Below are positions 19,062 to 29,091 of a DNA stretch of 64,000 bases, piece by piece; within the stretch, counting starts at the first letter, position 1, and each line of letters begins with the position of its first letter. Source of the stretch: a candidate division FCPU426 bacterium (GTDB taxonomy: Bacteria; Oederibacteriota; Muellerivitia; Muellerivitales; Muellerivitaceae). The stretch spans positions 12,689 through 76,688 of the forward strand of contig CAVYSE010000004.1 in the NCBI GenBank assembly GCA_963771075.1. The letters run 5' to 3'. The position numbers and the translations under genes are program-made. The notes below the pieces were generated by a model. That model was given only the letters and a program-made list of their open reading frames with translations. It was not told the origin of the DNA and did not search any database.

Positions 19062-20191
19062 ACCAGCAGGTTGGCGATGACGTTGAGTATGAAAGTGATC
19101 ACCATGAGCAATAGGCCGATCTCGGCCAGGGCCGCGATATGGACGTCGCTCACCGCCTCGGAAAACTCGTTGGCGATCACGCTCGCCATGCTATGCGAGG
19201 CCGCCAAAAGGTTGGTCGAGACCTGGGGGTTGTTCCCGATGACCATGGTCACGGCCATGGTTTCCCCCAAAGCCCGGCCCAGGGCCAGCATCAGGGCGCC
19301 CAAAATGCCCACCTTGGAGGGTTTCAACACCGACAGCTGGATGGTTTCCCAATTGGTGGCCCCCAGCGCCTTGGCGGATTCCCGCTGGCTGTTGGGAACC
19401 GACTCGAAAACTTCCCGGCTGATGGCCGTGATCGTCGGAAGGATCATGATCGATAGAATGACGCCGGCGGTGAACAGGGATAATCCCGTCGAAGGTCCCT
19501 GGAACAGGGGATATTTGTTCAGGAAGGACTGAAAGGGGCCCCAGAGCCCGCAGCCCACCAATAAGCTCAGGAGCCCGAAAACTATATTTTCGGCCTGGGT
19601 GAAATGCCTCTGGGTCCGGGTAAGGCCGAGGGATTTCATGACCATAAAAAAAACAATGGCTCCCGTGAGGGAAGCGAGGGTCACCAAAATCGGGTTACCG
19701 ACCTTGATGAGGAAAGGGTCCACATGCACCCGCATGAAGGGCGCCAAGAGGAAGATGCCCCACAGGCCATAGACTACGCTGGGAATGGCCGCCAGGATCT
19801 CGACCACGAAGGCCACCGGGTCCCTCATCTTCATGGGGGCTAGTTCGGTCAGGAAAAGCGAGATCCCCAACCCCAAGGGGGTCGCGATTAAGAGGGCAAT
19901 CAGGGAAGAAACCAGCGTGCCATACACAAAGGGAACGCAGCCAAAGAGGTTCTTGACCGGGTCCCAGTCGCTGCTGGTTAAAAAGGACCAACCCGAGACC
20001 TTCATGGAAGGCTCGGCGGCGATGAACAAGGTGACGGCAGTCATGACCGCCAAGGCGAGGATCAGGAAAGCCATGAAGGCCGTGAAGCCGCGGAACAATC
20101 GGTCGGCCAGGCCGGATAAGGGTAGAGAAGCAGAAAACGAGAAGGCCTTGGGGGCCTTCCCGTCCACCGCCATTTCGGTTGTACTGTTCAA
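19031..20191 (-). CDS. pstC: Phosphate ABC transporter permease (with an extra TM insertion)
   Basis: WDP, LAAIPSVVYGLWG and GRALGETMAV. Confidence 0.96.
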   Translation of the reverse strand: MNSTTEMAVDGKAPKAFSFSASLPLSGLADRLFRGFTAFMAFLILALAVMTAVTLFIAAEPSMKVSGWSFLTSSDWDPVKNLFGCVPFVYGTLVSSLIALLIATPLGLGISLFLTELAPMKMRDPVAFVVEILAAIPSVVYGLWGIFLLAPFMRVHVDPFLIKVGNPILVTLASLTGAIVFFMVMKSLGLTRTQRHFTQAENIVFGLLSLLVGCGLWGPFQSFLNKYPLFQGPSTGLSLFTAGVILSIMILPTITAISREVFESVPNSQRESAKALGATNWETIQLSVLKPSKVGILGALMLALGRALGETMAVTMVIGNNPQVSTNLLAASHSMASVIANEFSEAVSDVHIAALAEIGLLLMVITFILNVIANLLVWMTTSKYQR

Positions 20192-20204
20192 TTCATATCC
20201 TAAA

Positions 20205-21227
20205 TTAAAACTTTACTTCGTCGATCTGCGCCTGCACCTTATCCACCAGGGAAGCGGGCAGAGGCGCGTAGTACAGGTCCGCGGCCATGCTTTCCCCATT
20301 GGCTAAATACCACTTCAGGAAATCCGTCACGGCCTTACCGGTGCCGTTATCGCTGTAGTTCTTGTAGACCAACAGCCAGGTGAACCCGCAAATGGGATAG
20401 GCCTTCTCGCCGGGCGCGTTTGTAATCATCATTCGGAAATCCTTCGGCATGCGCTTCAAGGCCCCGTCCGCGGCGGCGGTGGTCGATTCCAGGGTCGGTT
20501 CCACGAACTGGCCCGCCTTGTTCTTCAATACCGCGTAGGGAAGCTTGTTCTTGACCGCGTAGGCCAATTCCACATAGCCGATGCAGCCGGGAATCTGCTG
20601 GATCAATCCCGCCACGCCCTCGTTGCCTTTGCCCCCGTTACCCACCGGCCATTTCACCGAGGTGCCGAAACCCACGTTGCCGGCCCACTGGGTGCTGACC
20701 TTAGTCAGGTAATTGGTGAAGATATTGGAAGTGCCGCTACCATCAGAACGGTGAGCCACCGTGATATTCTGGTCGGGCAGGGTCACGCCGGGGTTCAAGT
20801 CGGCGATGGCCTTGTCGTTCCAATTCTTGATGGTGCCGTAGAAGATGCCTTCCAAGGTATCCGCGTCCAGTTTGAGCTTGTCCACGCCCGTCAGGTTGTA
20901 GGCAACCGCCACAGCGCCCGCCACCGTCGGGAAGTGCAACACTCCCGGCTTGACTTTGGAAATCTGGTCGTCCGTCATGGGGGCGTCCGAGGCCCCGAAA
21001 TCCACGGTCCCGGCGGTCAACTGCTGGATGCCTCCGCCCGAGCCTATGGATTGGTAGTTGATGGCCACGCCGGCCGACTTGTTGTACTCGTAAAACCACT
21101 TCGAGTAGATGGGATAGGGGAAGGTCGCGCCTGCTCCGTTGAGCGACGCACCGGCCCTTGCGAGGGTGGCTCCCGCCATCACAACGGCGGCTAACGCACC
21201 GATCAAAATCTTACTTGAGTTTTTCAT
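20205..21227 (-). CDS. pstS: Phosphate-binding protein
   Basis: GAGATFPYP, GSGGG, DFGASD, RSDGSGT and GKGNEGV. Confidence 0.98.
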   Translation of the reverse strand: MKNSSKILIGALAAVVMAGATLARAGASLNGAGATFPYPIYSKWFYEYNKSAGVAINYQSIGSGGGIQQLTAGTVDFGASDAPMTDDQISKVKPGVLHFPTVAGAVAVAYNLTGVDKLKLDADTLEGIFYGTIKNWNDKAIADLNPGVTLPDQNITVAHRSDGSGTSNIFTNYLTKVSTQWAGNVGFGTSVKWPVGNGGKGNEGVAGLIQQIPGCIGYVELAYAVKNKLPYAVLKNKAGQFVEPTLESTTAAADGALKRMPKDFRMMITNAPGEKAYPICGFTWLLVYKNYSDNGTGKAVTDFLKWYLANGESMAADLYYAPLPASLVDKVQAQIDEVKF

Positions 21228-21436
21228 AAAAACCTCGTTTCCGTTCTGAATTGTATTCATCGTCTGAATTGCCGGACGTTACTTGCTTGTTAATTAAAGT
21301 TGGGTTACCCCTGCCCTTTTAATAGCATTGACTTATAAGGAAAGGGGGTGGGGGCCAATCCGGTTCCCTGACTACCGGACGGCCCCCAAGAAACGCTTAC
21401 CACGTCATGAAATGATTCCCCGAATCACTTCAAGAC

Positions 21437-22888
21437 TTAGAAACGATACCAAGTGCTTAAGGCTAAACGAGTATCCTGCCCGTAAGGGGTAAAAGCTGGA
21501 GAAGCGAGGGAAACATAGGTGGTTGTCGCCAAGTCCACCTCAAAGGCCAGGCGCACGTTATCCGTGATGTCCTGCATCACGTTGCCAAACATGTTGGCAT
21601 CGTCGTCATAAATACTGTTGGCCGACTGGCCGTTCAAAGCGAACGACCCAATGTTGTCCGAAAACACCTCGCCGTAGCCGAAAGTGAAGAAGGTCCCGAC
21701 GCTCTTCGGCAAATGAATCTGGATTTGGGCGTTGTAAGACACGGTATCGATCAAACCATACAGGTTCCCTGTACCCGCTCCACCGGTGTTGTATTGTCCA
21801 ATGATTCCGGTGTCGGCCAGGGCAATGCCGCTTGGCAACGTATAGCCGGTCACACCGCCGCTGAAGCTGTTGAGCTCGTCGGCAATGCCGTTTCCATAGG
21901 TCCATTCGCAGGAAGCCGTAACGGTCGGGTCGTCCTTGTCGGTCGCTGGGACGATGGGAATCATGGCATCCACGGCGATACCCTTGCCCTGAAGGAAGGA
22001 GTTGTCCCCTTCCGATTCTGTGTGGCCGCTTTGGTTCAAGTTTCCAAGGTTATAGGTGCGGAAGGTCCCGGAAATACCGATGCTGAGGGGAACCTTATGC
22101 GAGGCTCCGGTTGCGTATGAAAATTCACCTTCCCAATTGTTCATTACGAAACGGATACCCGCATCCACGTTGGGGTAGCTCGAAATGGATTGTTCCGGAC
22201 GCTCCGCGTCCACCGCGATCTGGATCTGGGCGCCGCTGCTGTCCCCAATCGTCTTCATCACGCCTAAGCGGGGAGTCCTCTCATAAACGGTACCCATGAT
22301 CGGCTGGGGTTGGACGGAAGCCAAAACATAGTCCATGTTCCATCCAAAGAGGGTCCAATATTGGCCCGCCATGATGTCCCATCCATCATTCTGCAAGTCC
22401 AAATAGCAATGGCGGATACGGAAAGTGGGCGCCACATACAAGTTGGCTTCCGCCGAGTTCGCTGCCCCCAAGAAGTCACCTTCCAGATAGCCCTTGGTCG
22501 CCCAGCCGCCCACGGTCGTCTTGGCTAAAAAATCAATCCGGCTGTTTCGGACAGATTCTTGCAGTTGCGGCGTATAGGCCGCATTGCTGGAGGCCCCTGC
22601 TCCCTGGCGGGGCAACCCAGTGTTGGGAAGGTATTCATTCTTCCCCGTGACCTCGGAATCCCAGGTAAAGTCTGTTTCCTCGAACCCATGGATCTCGATA
22701 TCCATCGACTGTTTTTTCTCGACTGTCGCGATGCGGTTCGTCAAAGTCCCGATCGCCGAGTTCATATCTTCCTGAAGCGCGGACGTCGAATCATCCGAAC
22801 CCATTTCCTCTTCCGCGGATGCGGGAGCGGTCAGGACCGCCAGCATTCCAGTCAAGAAAAGTACTAATAACATCCAAGACCGTTTCAT
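21437..22888 (-). CDS. Outer-membrane porin, DcaP-like
   Basis: Signal peptide, short coiled coil, SRIDF...LEGDF...FRIRHCY...AGQYWT, C-terminal WYRF. Confidence 0.7.
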   Translation of the reverse strand: MKRSWMLLVLFLTGMLAVLTAPASAEEEMGSDDSTSALQEDMNSAIGTLTNRIATVEKKQSMDIEIHGFEETDFTWDSEVTGKNEYLPNTGLPRQGAGASSNAAYTPQLQESVRNSRIDFLAKTTVGGWATKGYLEGDFLGAANSAEANLYVAPTFRIRHCYLDLQNDGWDIMAGQYWTLFGWNMDYVLASVQPQPIMGTVYERTPRLGVMKTIGDSSGAQIQIAVDAERPEQSISSYPNVDAGIRFVMNNWEGEFSYATGASHKVPLSIGISGTFRTYNLGNLNQSGHTESEGDNSFLQGKGIAVDAMIPIVPATDKDDPTVTASCEWTYGNGIADELNSFSGGVTGYTLPSGIALADTGIIGQYNTGGAGTGNLYGLIDTVSYNAQIQIHLPKSVGTFFTFGYGEVFSDNIGSFALNGQSANSIYDDDANMFGNVMQDITDNVRLAFEVDLATTTYVSLASPAFTPYGQDTRLALSTWYRF

Positions 22889-23011
22889 ATCTTCTCCTCT
22901 GTTTTTATTTTTTCCCGTGACCGGGTGCTGCGTTTGCCTTGTGTGTTGAAGCGCGTAAAAAATAGCCAAACCCGGTTCCGGAAAATTTCGTGGAGACTCT
23001 ATAGATGGGGG

Positions 23012-23051
23012 CGTTACGTAACGTCACAACAATGTTAAATCCGAGTTAACT
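23012..23051 (-). promoter_or_regulatory. Putative Pho box (OmpR/PhoB-type tandem direct repeats)
   Basis: Minus strand GTTAACT, TTTAACA, TGTGACG, CGTAACG at 11/11/10-bp spacing, upstream of a TATAGA -10-like hexamer and the porin-pst operon. Confidence 0.6.
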
Positions 23052-23194
23052 TTGAAAATTTCGTAATGTTGGTGGAAATAAAAGAGTATTAAAGTGGTTT
23101 CCTACATACGGATAACTCATTAAAAATAACTTTGAACTATATTTTTGATAGCAAAGCGGCCATTAAAATTTTAAAACATTCAAGGAGTTTAAAA

Positions 23195-23704
23195 ATGAAA
23201 AGATACATCTTGGTGATGGCATTCCTCGCCGGAACTGGGGTTGCCTGTGCCGGTAATGACGCCTTGTCCCATTCCAGCCCGGCGCCCCTGGGGGAAAGGC
23301 TGGCCCTCTATCTACAAGGAATGATGACCATCGAATCCGCCATTTGGGAACAAAACCATCCCGCCGGCATGGATTACCGCGAGGGAGTCCACATGGCGGT
23401 CAACTATGAGCCCGCCGAAAAATTGATTGGCGTCTCGGTGGTGGGGACCCAGGACGACCTCAAATACGTCCAGGGCCTTCTGGAAAAGGTCCAAAAAGCA
23501 CTGCTTTCCTTCAATAAAAAGATAGAAAACGATTATGGCGTCGAATTATCCGAACAGGATTTTTCCTTCGCTTATCTCAATGTCAAAACCGGAAGAATCA
23601 TGATGCGTTTGAAAAGCGGGCAGGGGGTGGACCTGGGACCAACGCCGACCCCCGAACCGGCGCCTACCCATCCAAACGAAGTGGACATGACCCCGAAACT
23701 ATAA
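23195..23704 (+). CDS. Secreted hypothetical protein
   Basis: AAGGAG RBS, signal peptide, Pro/Thr-rich tail. Confidence 0.7.
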   Translation: MKRYILVMAFLAGTGVACAGNDALSHSSPAPLGERLALYLQGMMTIESAIWEQNHPAGMDYREGVHMAVNYEPAEKLIGVSVVGTQDDLKYVQGLLEKVQKALLSFNKKIENDYGVELSEQDFSFAYLNVKTGRIMMRLKSGQGVDLGPTPTPEPAPTHPNEVDMTPKL

Positions 23705-23817
23705 GAAGGATGAGCTGTTAAATGTCGGTCTGATACCCATTTTAATTTGTGACCTGGGCCAACGAGAAATGGATTTTGGTATAAATCGGTGTTAGGCCGG
23801 TAAAAGGGGTCTCTACT

Positions 23818-25242
23818 TTACTTCAGCGCGTCCGACGTCCCCCCGTTCAACAGATACCGGCTGGCCACGGCCGACCAAAGGCTTGTTTTGGCCTCGGCCA
23901 TCTCCACTTCCATATCGACCCGGTCCTTGAGGGCCTGCTGGAAATTCGACAGGGGCCCCAGGAAAGCCAGGTAACGCTCCTTGGACACGGTCTCGGCCTT
24001 TTCGACGTTTTGTCTTTCACTGTCCAAAATTTTAAGTTCCTCCCGGGACCTTTCAATCTCGTCGGTGAACTTGATGTTCAAGTCATCCAGCGCCAGTTGG
24101 TCCGCCCCGGCTTCGGCGCTCCGGGCCTCCGCCTCGGCGTGGGCAGCCTTTTCTTCGGCATCGATCCGGAACCCCTCGAACAAGGGCAGGCTGATCCCCA
24201 CGAATAGCGAATAATCCTGGGAGGATACCAGCCGGGTATCGCTCAGGTAGCCCGCGCTTCCCGCCACTTCCAAAACAGGCAGATTCTCCGCGGAATACTG
24301 GGAGGCTTTCTCCTCCGCCGATTGGGTCTCAAACCTCGCCCTCATGACCAGCGGGCTAAACCCGAGGGTTTCCAGCTTCGGGCCGTAATCCGCCGGCAAG
24401 CCGGAAGGGGGGGGGCAGGAGACGGAAACGGGTTCCATTCCCGTTAAAAGGGCCAGCCGCCGAATACCAGCCTGGTATTGGCGATCGAAATCCCCCGCCC
24501 GCAAGGCGGCATCGGACAATTGGTCCTCGATGAGGAGCCCCTGGTCCTCTGAATACTGCCCGTTCCTCACGAACCGCCTGACCGTGGCGAGTATCCCCGC
24601 CAGTTCGTCCGCCAGCCTTTTCCAGGCGTCGCGGTCCCCCTTGAGGCGCACGGCTTCCAGGTAGGCGTTGAGGGTCTGCTGATCCACCAGCGCCGTTTGG
24701 AACTTGGTCCCTTCCAGGCTGGCGTCGGCCTCGTAATGGGCCGCGGAGGATTGGTGCCAGACGGACAGGTCCAGCAGGTCCCACTTGGCGTAGGCGCTGG
24801 CGGCCGGTCCCTGACGGTAGGGCGAGGCCACCATCCCGGGAAAGCTGTCCAGTCCCGAGGTGCCGAAGCCCGAGGAGGACCCGGGAAACCCGGTGGAATC
24901 CACCGCGTCCAGGCCTACCGTGGGGAAAAAACCCGAATCGGCGGCCCTTGAAAATTCCTTCGCCTCCCTTTCCCTGGCCAGGAAAGCCTTCAGGGAAGGA
25001 CTGTTTTTCTCGGCCTGTTGGAGCGCCTGGCCCAAGGTCAGGTCCGTGGCTTGAGCCTGCGCCGAACCAACAAACAAGAAAAACCCAAAAACGAAAAAAC
25101 TCATTCCACCGCGAAGACGCGAAGAAAATCCAAGGGAAACGCTTGGAAAGAGAATGGGCAGGAAATTTAAACCAAGATTGGAGGCTTTGCCTTCCTTCGT
25201 GCCTTCGCGTCTTCGGGGTGAAAACTTTCTTGTGTCTTTCAT
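23818..25242 (-). CDS. TolC family outer-membrane efflux protein
   Basis: LTLGQALQQAEKNSP and GISLPLFEG; coupled to the RND stop; true start uncertain. Confidence 0.85.
   Translation of the reverse strand: MKDTRKFSPRRREGTKEGKASNLGLNFLPILFPSVSLGFSSRLRGGMSFFVFGFFLFVGSAQAQATDLTLGQALQQAEKNSPSLKAFLAREREAKEFSRAADSGFFPTVGLDAVDSTGFPGSSSGFGTSGLDSFPGMVASPYRQGPAASAYAKWDLLDLSVWHQSSAAHYEADASLEGTKFQTALVDQQTLNAYLEAVRLKGDRDAWKRLADELAGILATVRRFVRNGQYSEDQGLLIEDQLSDAALRAGDFDRQYQAGIRRLALLTGMEPVSVSCPPPSGLPADYGPKLETLGFSPLVMRARFETQSAEEKASQYSAENLPVLEVAGSAGYLSDTRLVSSQDYSLFVGISLPLFEGFRIDAEEKAAHAEAEARSAEAGADQLALDDLNIKFTDEIERSREELKILDSERQNVEKAETVSKERYLAFLGPLSNFQQALKDRVDMEVEMAEAKTSLWSAVASRYLLNGGTSDALK
25107..25220. repeat. 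Inverted-repeat element in the 5' end of the TolC ORF
   Basis: CACCGCGAAGACGCGAAG (25107-25124) versus CTTCGCGTCTTCGGGGTG (25203-25220), 17/18 complementary. Confidence 0.7.
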
Positions 25243-28200
25243 TTCGCGGCCTCCTCGTAATAGGCGCTATGGGGATCGATTGGATCAAGTGAAGCCGTAT
25301 GGGTCGGCTTGTCCTTGTGCACGATGGCGTAAATGACCGGCATGATAAGGAGCGTGGTTACCGTGGACCCCATCAGGCCCCCAATGACGGCCCGGGCCAA
25401 AGGGGCCGTCTGCTGGCCACTGTCGCTCAAGCCTAAGGCCATGGGGATCATGCCCACGATCATGGCGATGGCGGTCATCAGGACGGGCCGCAAACGGCTT
25501 TGGGCCCCATACACCGCCGATTCCCAGGAATGCTGCCCCGACCGCCGGGTCAGGTCAGCAAAAGTCACCAACAATATGGAATTGGCCACCGACACCCCTA
25601 CGGCCATGATGGTGCCCATGAAGGATTCGATGTTCAGTGTCGAACCGCTCAAATAAAGGACCACCAGGGCCCCCGACAGCACCGCCGGCACGTTGGAAAT
25701 GACGATAGAAGCAATGGGAAAAGACTCGAAGCTTCCCGCCAGGAGCAGCAGGATGACCACGATGGCGAATCCCAGGCCCGCCACCAGGCCATCGGTCATA
25801 TCGGTCAGGGTCTTGACCTGTCCCCGGACCCGGACCTGCACGCCCTTGGGCAGGTTTTGATGGATGGGCTTGAGGATTTCGTCCACCTTCTCGGCGGCGT
25901 GTCCCAGGTCCAGACCCTGCAGGTTGGCCTGAACCGAGGCCATGCGGGCCAGATTATACCGGTCGTATTCGGCCACTTCCGTCCCCGGTTCCACATCAGC
26001 AAAGGCCGATAACGGCAGGGCGCCCGTATTGACCGGGATGGGAACCCTTTTCAGATCCTCGATGGACTTGATGTCGTCAGAAGGCACCTCCACCTGCACC
26101 TGGTAGTTCACCCCATCCTTGGGGTCCTCCCAATAGTTGGGCAGGGTAAACCGGCTGGAGGAGGTCACCGGCACCAGAGCCCGCCCGACGTCGGTGACAT
26201 GGACGCCCCGCAAGCCCGCCTTTTTGCGGTCCACCTCCACGTTGAGGGTGGGATAATCCAGCGGCTGGCCGTATTGCAGGTCCCGGATGGCCGGCAAGGT
26301 TCCGAGTGCCTGCTTGACCTGGGCCGCCACCGCGCGGTCCTTTTCCAGGTTCTGGCCGTTCACGTCCACATCGATTTGGGTAGGCGCCCCGGCGCTCATA
26401 ACTTTATCAATAAGGCCGCTGGCTTCGAAGGTCACTTGCACGTCCGGCAGCTCCTTCCGGAAAACCGATCTTAATTTTTCCTTGAGTTTCGAGGTGTTGA
26501 TCCCGGATTCCTTCTTGAAGGCCACCTGCAAAACTGCCTCCTGGGGACCGGAGGTCCAGAGAAAGATGGTGTTGATGGCGTACTGGGTGGGCTGGGTACC
26601 CACGTAGCCCAGAGAGGTGTCCACGCTTCCCTCCCCGGCGGTCTGTTTGATCAGGTCCAGGACCTTCAGCAATATCCGCTCGGTCTTGTCGATGTGGGTT
26701 CCCACGGGGGCGCGCACACGCATCTGGAGCTCGTGGCTTTCCACCTTGGGGAAGATTTCCCGGCCGATATGGCTTCCCACCACGGCGATGACCAACAGCG
26801 CCGCCAGGGCGTAGCCGGCCTGGAAAAGAACTCGGCGCTTGTAAATAAACTCCAAGAGGATGCTGTGGGCCCTTTTCATCTTGTCCAGGAAGGTTACGCC
26901 GGTGCGGGAGTGGTCCTGGCCCTTTTTCAAAATCCAGGTAGCCATCACGGGAACAAGGGTCATGGAGAAGAAAAAGGCCCAAATAATGGAAAAACCCACC
27001 GAGAGGGTCAGGGGCACGAAGAGGGCCTTGGACATGCCCCCCATGAAAAAGGCCGGGATGAACACCGCCAAAATGCAGAGCATGGTCAGGAAGGCAGGGT
27101 TGAAGATTTCGCTTGTGCCGTTGATGGCGGCGGTGGCCAGCTTTTCCCCCTTCGCCAGCCGCACGTGGATGTTCTCGATGGTGATGGTGCTCTCATCCAC
27201 CAAAATACCGATGGCTAGGGCCAGGCCCCCCAGGGTCATGATGTTGATGGATTGGCCCGCGATGTTCAGGCTCAGGATGGCGCCCATCAGGGCCAGGGGG
27301 ATGTTGATGATGACGATGAGGGCGCTGCGCCAATCGCCCAGGAAAAGCAGGACCATCAGGCCCGTCAAGAGTGCACCCGTAATGCCCTCCAAGGACAGGG
27401 ACTTGATCGAATCCTTGACCACCCCCGACTGGTCGAACTGGTAGCTCACCTTGATGTCGTCGGGAAGGACGTCCTGGAACAGGTGCATGTTGTCCTTGAT
27501 CTCGTTCACCACGGTCAGGGTCGACGCATCCGAACGCTTGATGACTGGCAGGTAGATGGTGCGGTGCCCGTCCAAGAGGGCGTAACCGACCTGGATGTCG
27601 GTTGAATCCTTCACCACACCGATATCGCCCACGAAAACCGTGGGATAGGTCCCCAGGCGGATGGGTACCTTCATCAGGTCTTCGATATTTTCCACGATCG
27701 AATTCATGGGTACGGCGAGGTACTGGTCCCCGATGCGGATCTTTCCCGAAGGCTCGATCTGGTTGGCCTTGGCCAGGGCCTCGACCACGTCCTCGGGGGA
27801 TAGGTTGTACTGTTGCAGTTTCTTCGGGTCCACTTCGATCACGATGGCGCGGGGGCTGGAGCCGAAGGAATCGGAAACCAAGAGACCCGGCAGGGTGGCC
27901 ACCAGGGGCCGGACGTAGTTGAGGGCGTAGTCTTCGATTTCACCCAGGCCCCGCGTCGGGCTGGAGAACACCAGGTCCCCCACCGGCAAGTTGCCGCTGT
28001 CGAAACGCAGGATGAGGGGCGGCAGGGTGCCCGGCGGCATGTTCTTGAGGGCCCGAGTGGAGCGGGACACCACCTCGCCCATGGCCGCGGACATGTCGGT
28101 GTCGGGGTGGAACTGGAGCTTCAACAGCGTCACTTCCCCGATGCTTTTGGACTCGATATGCTCGATCCCGTTCACGTAGGAAAACTGCTTCTCGAAGTTG

Positions 28201-28451
28201 TATGCGATAAAGCTTTCCATCTGCCTCGGGTCCATGCCCCCGTAGGGCTCCACGACATAGATGCTGGGGGTGCCCAGGTTGGGAAAAATATCGAATTTCA
28301 TGTGGAATAGGCTGTTCACCGCCCCCAAAGCCACCGCGATGGAAAGCACGACCATGGTGATGGGGCGCCGCATGGCCCACTGGACCAACCCTACGCGAAA
28401 GACCTGCAGGGTCAAGCTTTTATTCGTTTTAATCCGGCTGATTGGGCTCAT
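25239..28451 (-). CDS. RND efflux permease (AcrB/CusA/CzcA family)
   Basis: 1070 aa; NIMTLGGLALAIGILVDE, ENI and SRLRPVLMTA motifs. Confidence 0.95.
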   Translation of the reverse strand: MSPISRIKTNKSLTLQVFRVGLVQWAMRRPITMVVLSIAVALGAVNSLFHMKFDIFPNLGTPSIYVVEPYGGMDPRQMESFIAYNFEKQFSYVNGIEHIESKSIGEVTLLKLQFHPDTDMSAAMGEVVSRSTRALKNMPPGTLPPLILRFDSGNLPVGDLVFSSPTRGLGEIEDYALNYVRPLVATLPGLLVSDSFGSSPRAIVIEVDPKKLQQYNLSPEDVVEALAKANQIEPSGKIRIGDQYLAVPMNSIVENIEDLMKVPIRLGTYPTVFVGDIGVVKDSTDIQVGYALLDGHRTIYLPVIKRSDASTLTVVNEIKDNMHLFQDVLPDDIKVSYQFDQSGVVKDSIKSLSLEGITGALLTGLMVLLFLGDWRSALIVIINIPLALMGAILSLNIAGQSINIMTLGGLALAIGILVDESTITIENIHVRLAKGEKLATAAINGTSEIFNPAFLTMLCILAVFIPAFFMGGMSKALFVPLTLSVGFSIIWAFFFSMTLVPVMATWILKKGQDHSRTGVTFLDKMKRAHSILLEFIYKRRVLFQAGYALAALLVIAVVGSHIGREIFPKVESHELQMRVRAPVGTHIDKTERILLKVLDLIKQTAGEGSVDTSLGYVGTQPTQYAINTIFLWTSGPQEAVLQVAFKKESGINTSKLKEKLRSVFRKELPDVQVTFEASGLIDKVMSAGAPTQIDVDVNGQNLEKDRAVAAQVKQALGTLPAIRDLQYGQPLDYPTLNVEVDRKKAGLRGVHVTDVGRALVPVTSSSRFTLPNYWEDPKDGVNYQVQVEVPSDDIKSIEDLKRVPIPVNTGALPLSAFADVEPGTEVAEYDRYNLARMASVQANLQGLDLGHAAEKVDEILKPIHQNLPKGVQVRVRGQVKTLTDMTDGLVAGLGFAIVVILLLLAGSFESFPIASIVISNVPAVLSGALVVLYLSGSTLNIESFMGTIMAVGVSVANSILLVTFADLTRRSGQHSWESAVYGAQSRLRPVLMTAIAMIVGMIPMALGLSDSGQQTAPLARAVIGGLMGSTVTTLLIMPVIYAIVHKDKPTHTASLDPIDPHSAYYEEAAK

Positions 28452-28478
28452 TGGTTTTCCTCTAAGGGGCGATGAAGT

Positions 28479-29003
28479 TCAAGCATGCGAGGGGGTTCCA
28501 GGCCTCGACCGGAAGGAAGCGACCGTCAGGGTGTCGGTCTTGGGACGCTCGTTCAGGCCCCTCGACTGGTCGGACCCCGCGAGGGCGGAATCGAAAATTT
28601 TCTGAAAGATTTCAGCTGTTTCGGGGTTCCCGAGAGCGTTTTGTATCTTTTTATGGAGCGCCCAAACCGTCCCATAGGAATGAAGGCCCAGCCGGGCCTT
28701 CAATTCCAGGATGGACATGGGCCTCTCCCGGTGCGTTATCCAGTAAATGGCCTTAAACCAGATCGACAAGGGAACATGGGAATTCTCGAAAAGCGTCCCT
28801 GTCCTCAACCGGGTTTGGTGCAGGCATTTTTCGCAGGTCCGGACTTCGGGACGGGAATCATGGACATAGAACTCCCGCCCGCCACAATGGGGGCATTGGA
28901 CCGGATGATCTAAGCCTTTCAGGCTCCAGGCCCATTCCCGGGCCCGGTCTTCATCAAGGATTTCGTTGAATTTCTTATGGGTCTTCAATTGTTCGAGGTT
29001 CAT
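28479..29003 (-). CDS. IS1595-type transposase N-terminal (Zn-ribbon plus HTH) protein lacking a DDE domain
   Basis: CPHCG...CEKC, TGTLFENSHVPLSIWFKAIY and SYGTVWALHKKIQ; only 174 aa; GGAG RBS. Confidence 0.75.
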   Translation of the reverse strand: MNLEQLKTHKKFNEILDEDRAREWAWSLKGLDHPVQCPHCGGREFYVHDSRPEVRTCEKCLHQTRLRTGTLFENSHVPLSIWFKAIYWITHRERPMSILELKARLGLHSYGTVWALHKKIQNALGNPETAEIFQKIFDSALAGSDQSRGLNERPKTDTLTVASFRSRPGTPSHA

Positions 29004-29091
29004 CGTGAATCTCCTGGGGGTTCGCGCCCGAAGGCACGGGATAGCGGGGACGCAATGCGGCCCGGCGTAAAAACCTGTCAGGAAATTGGGT

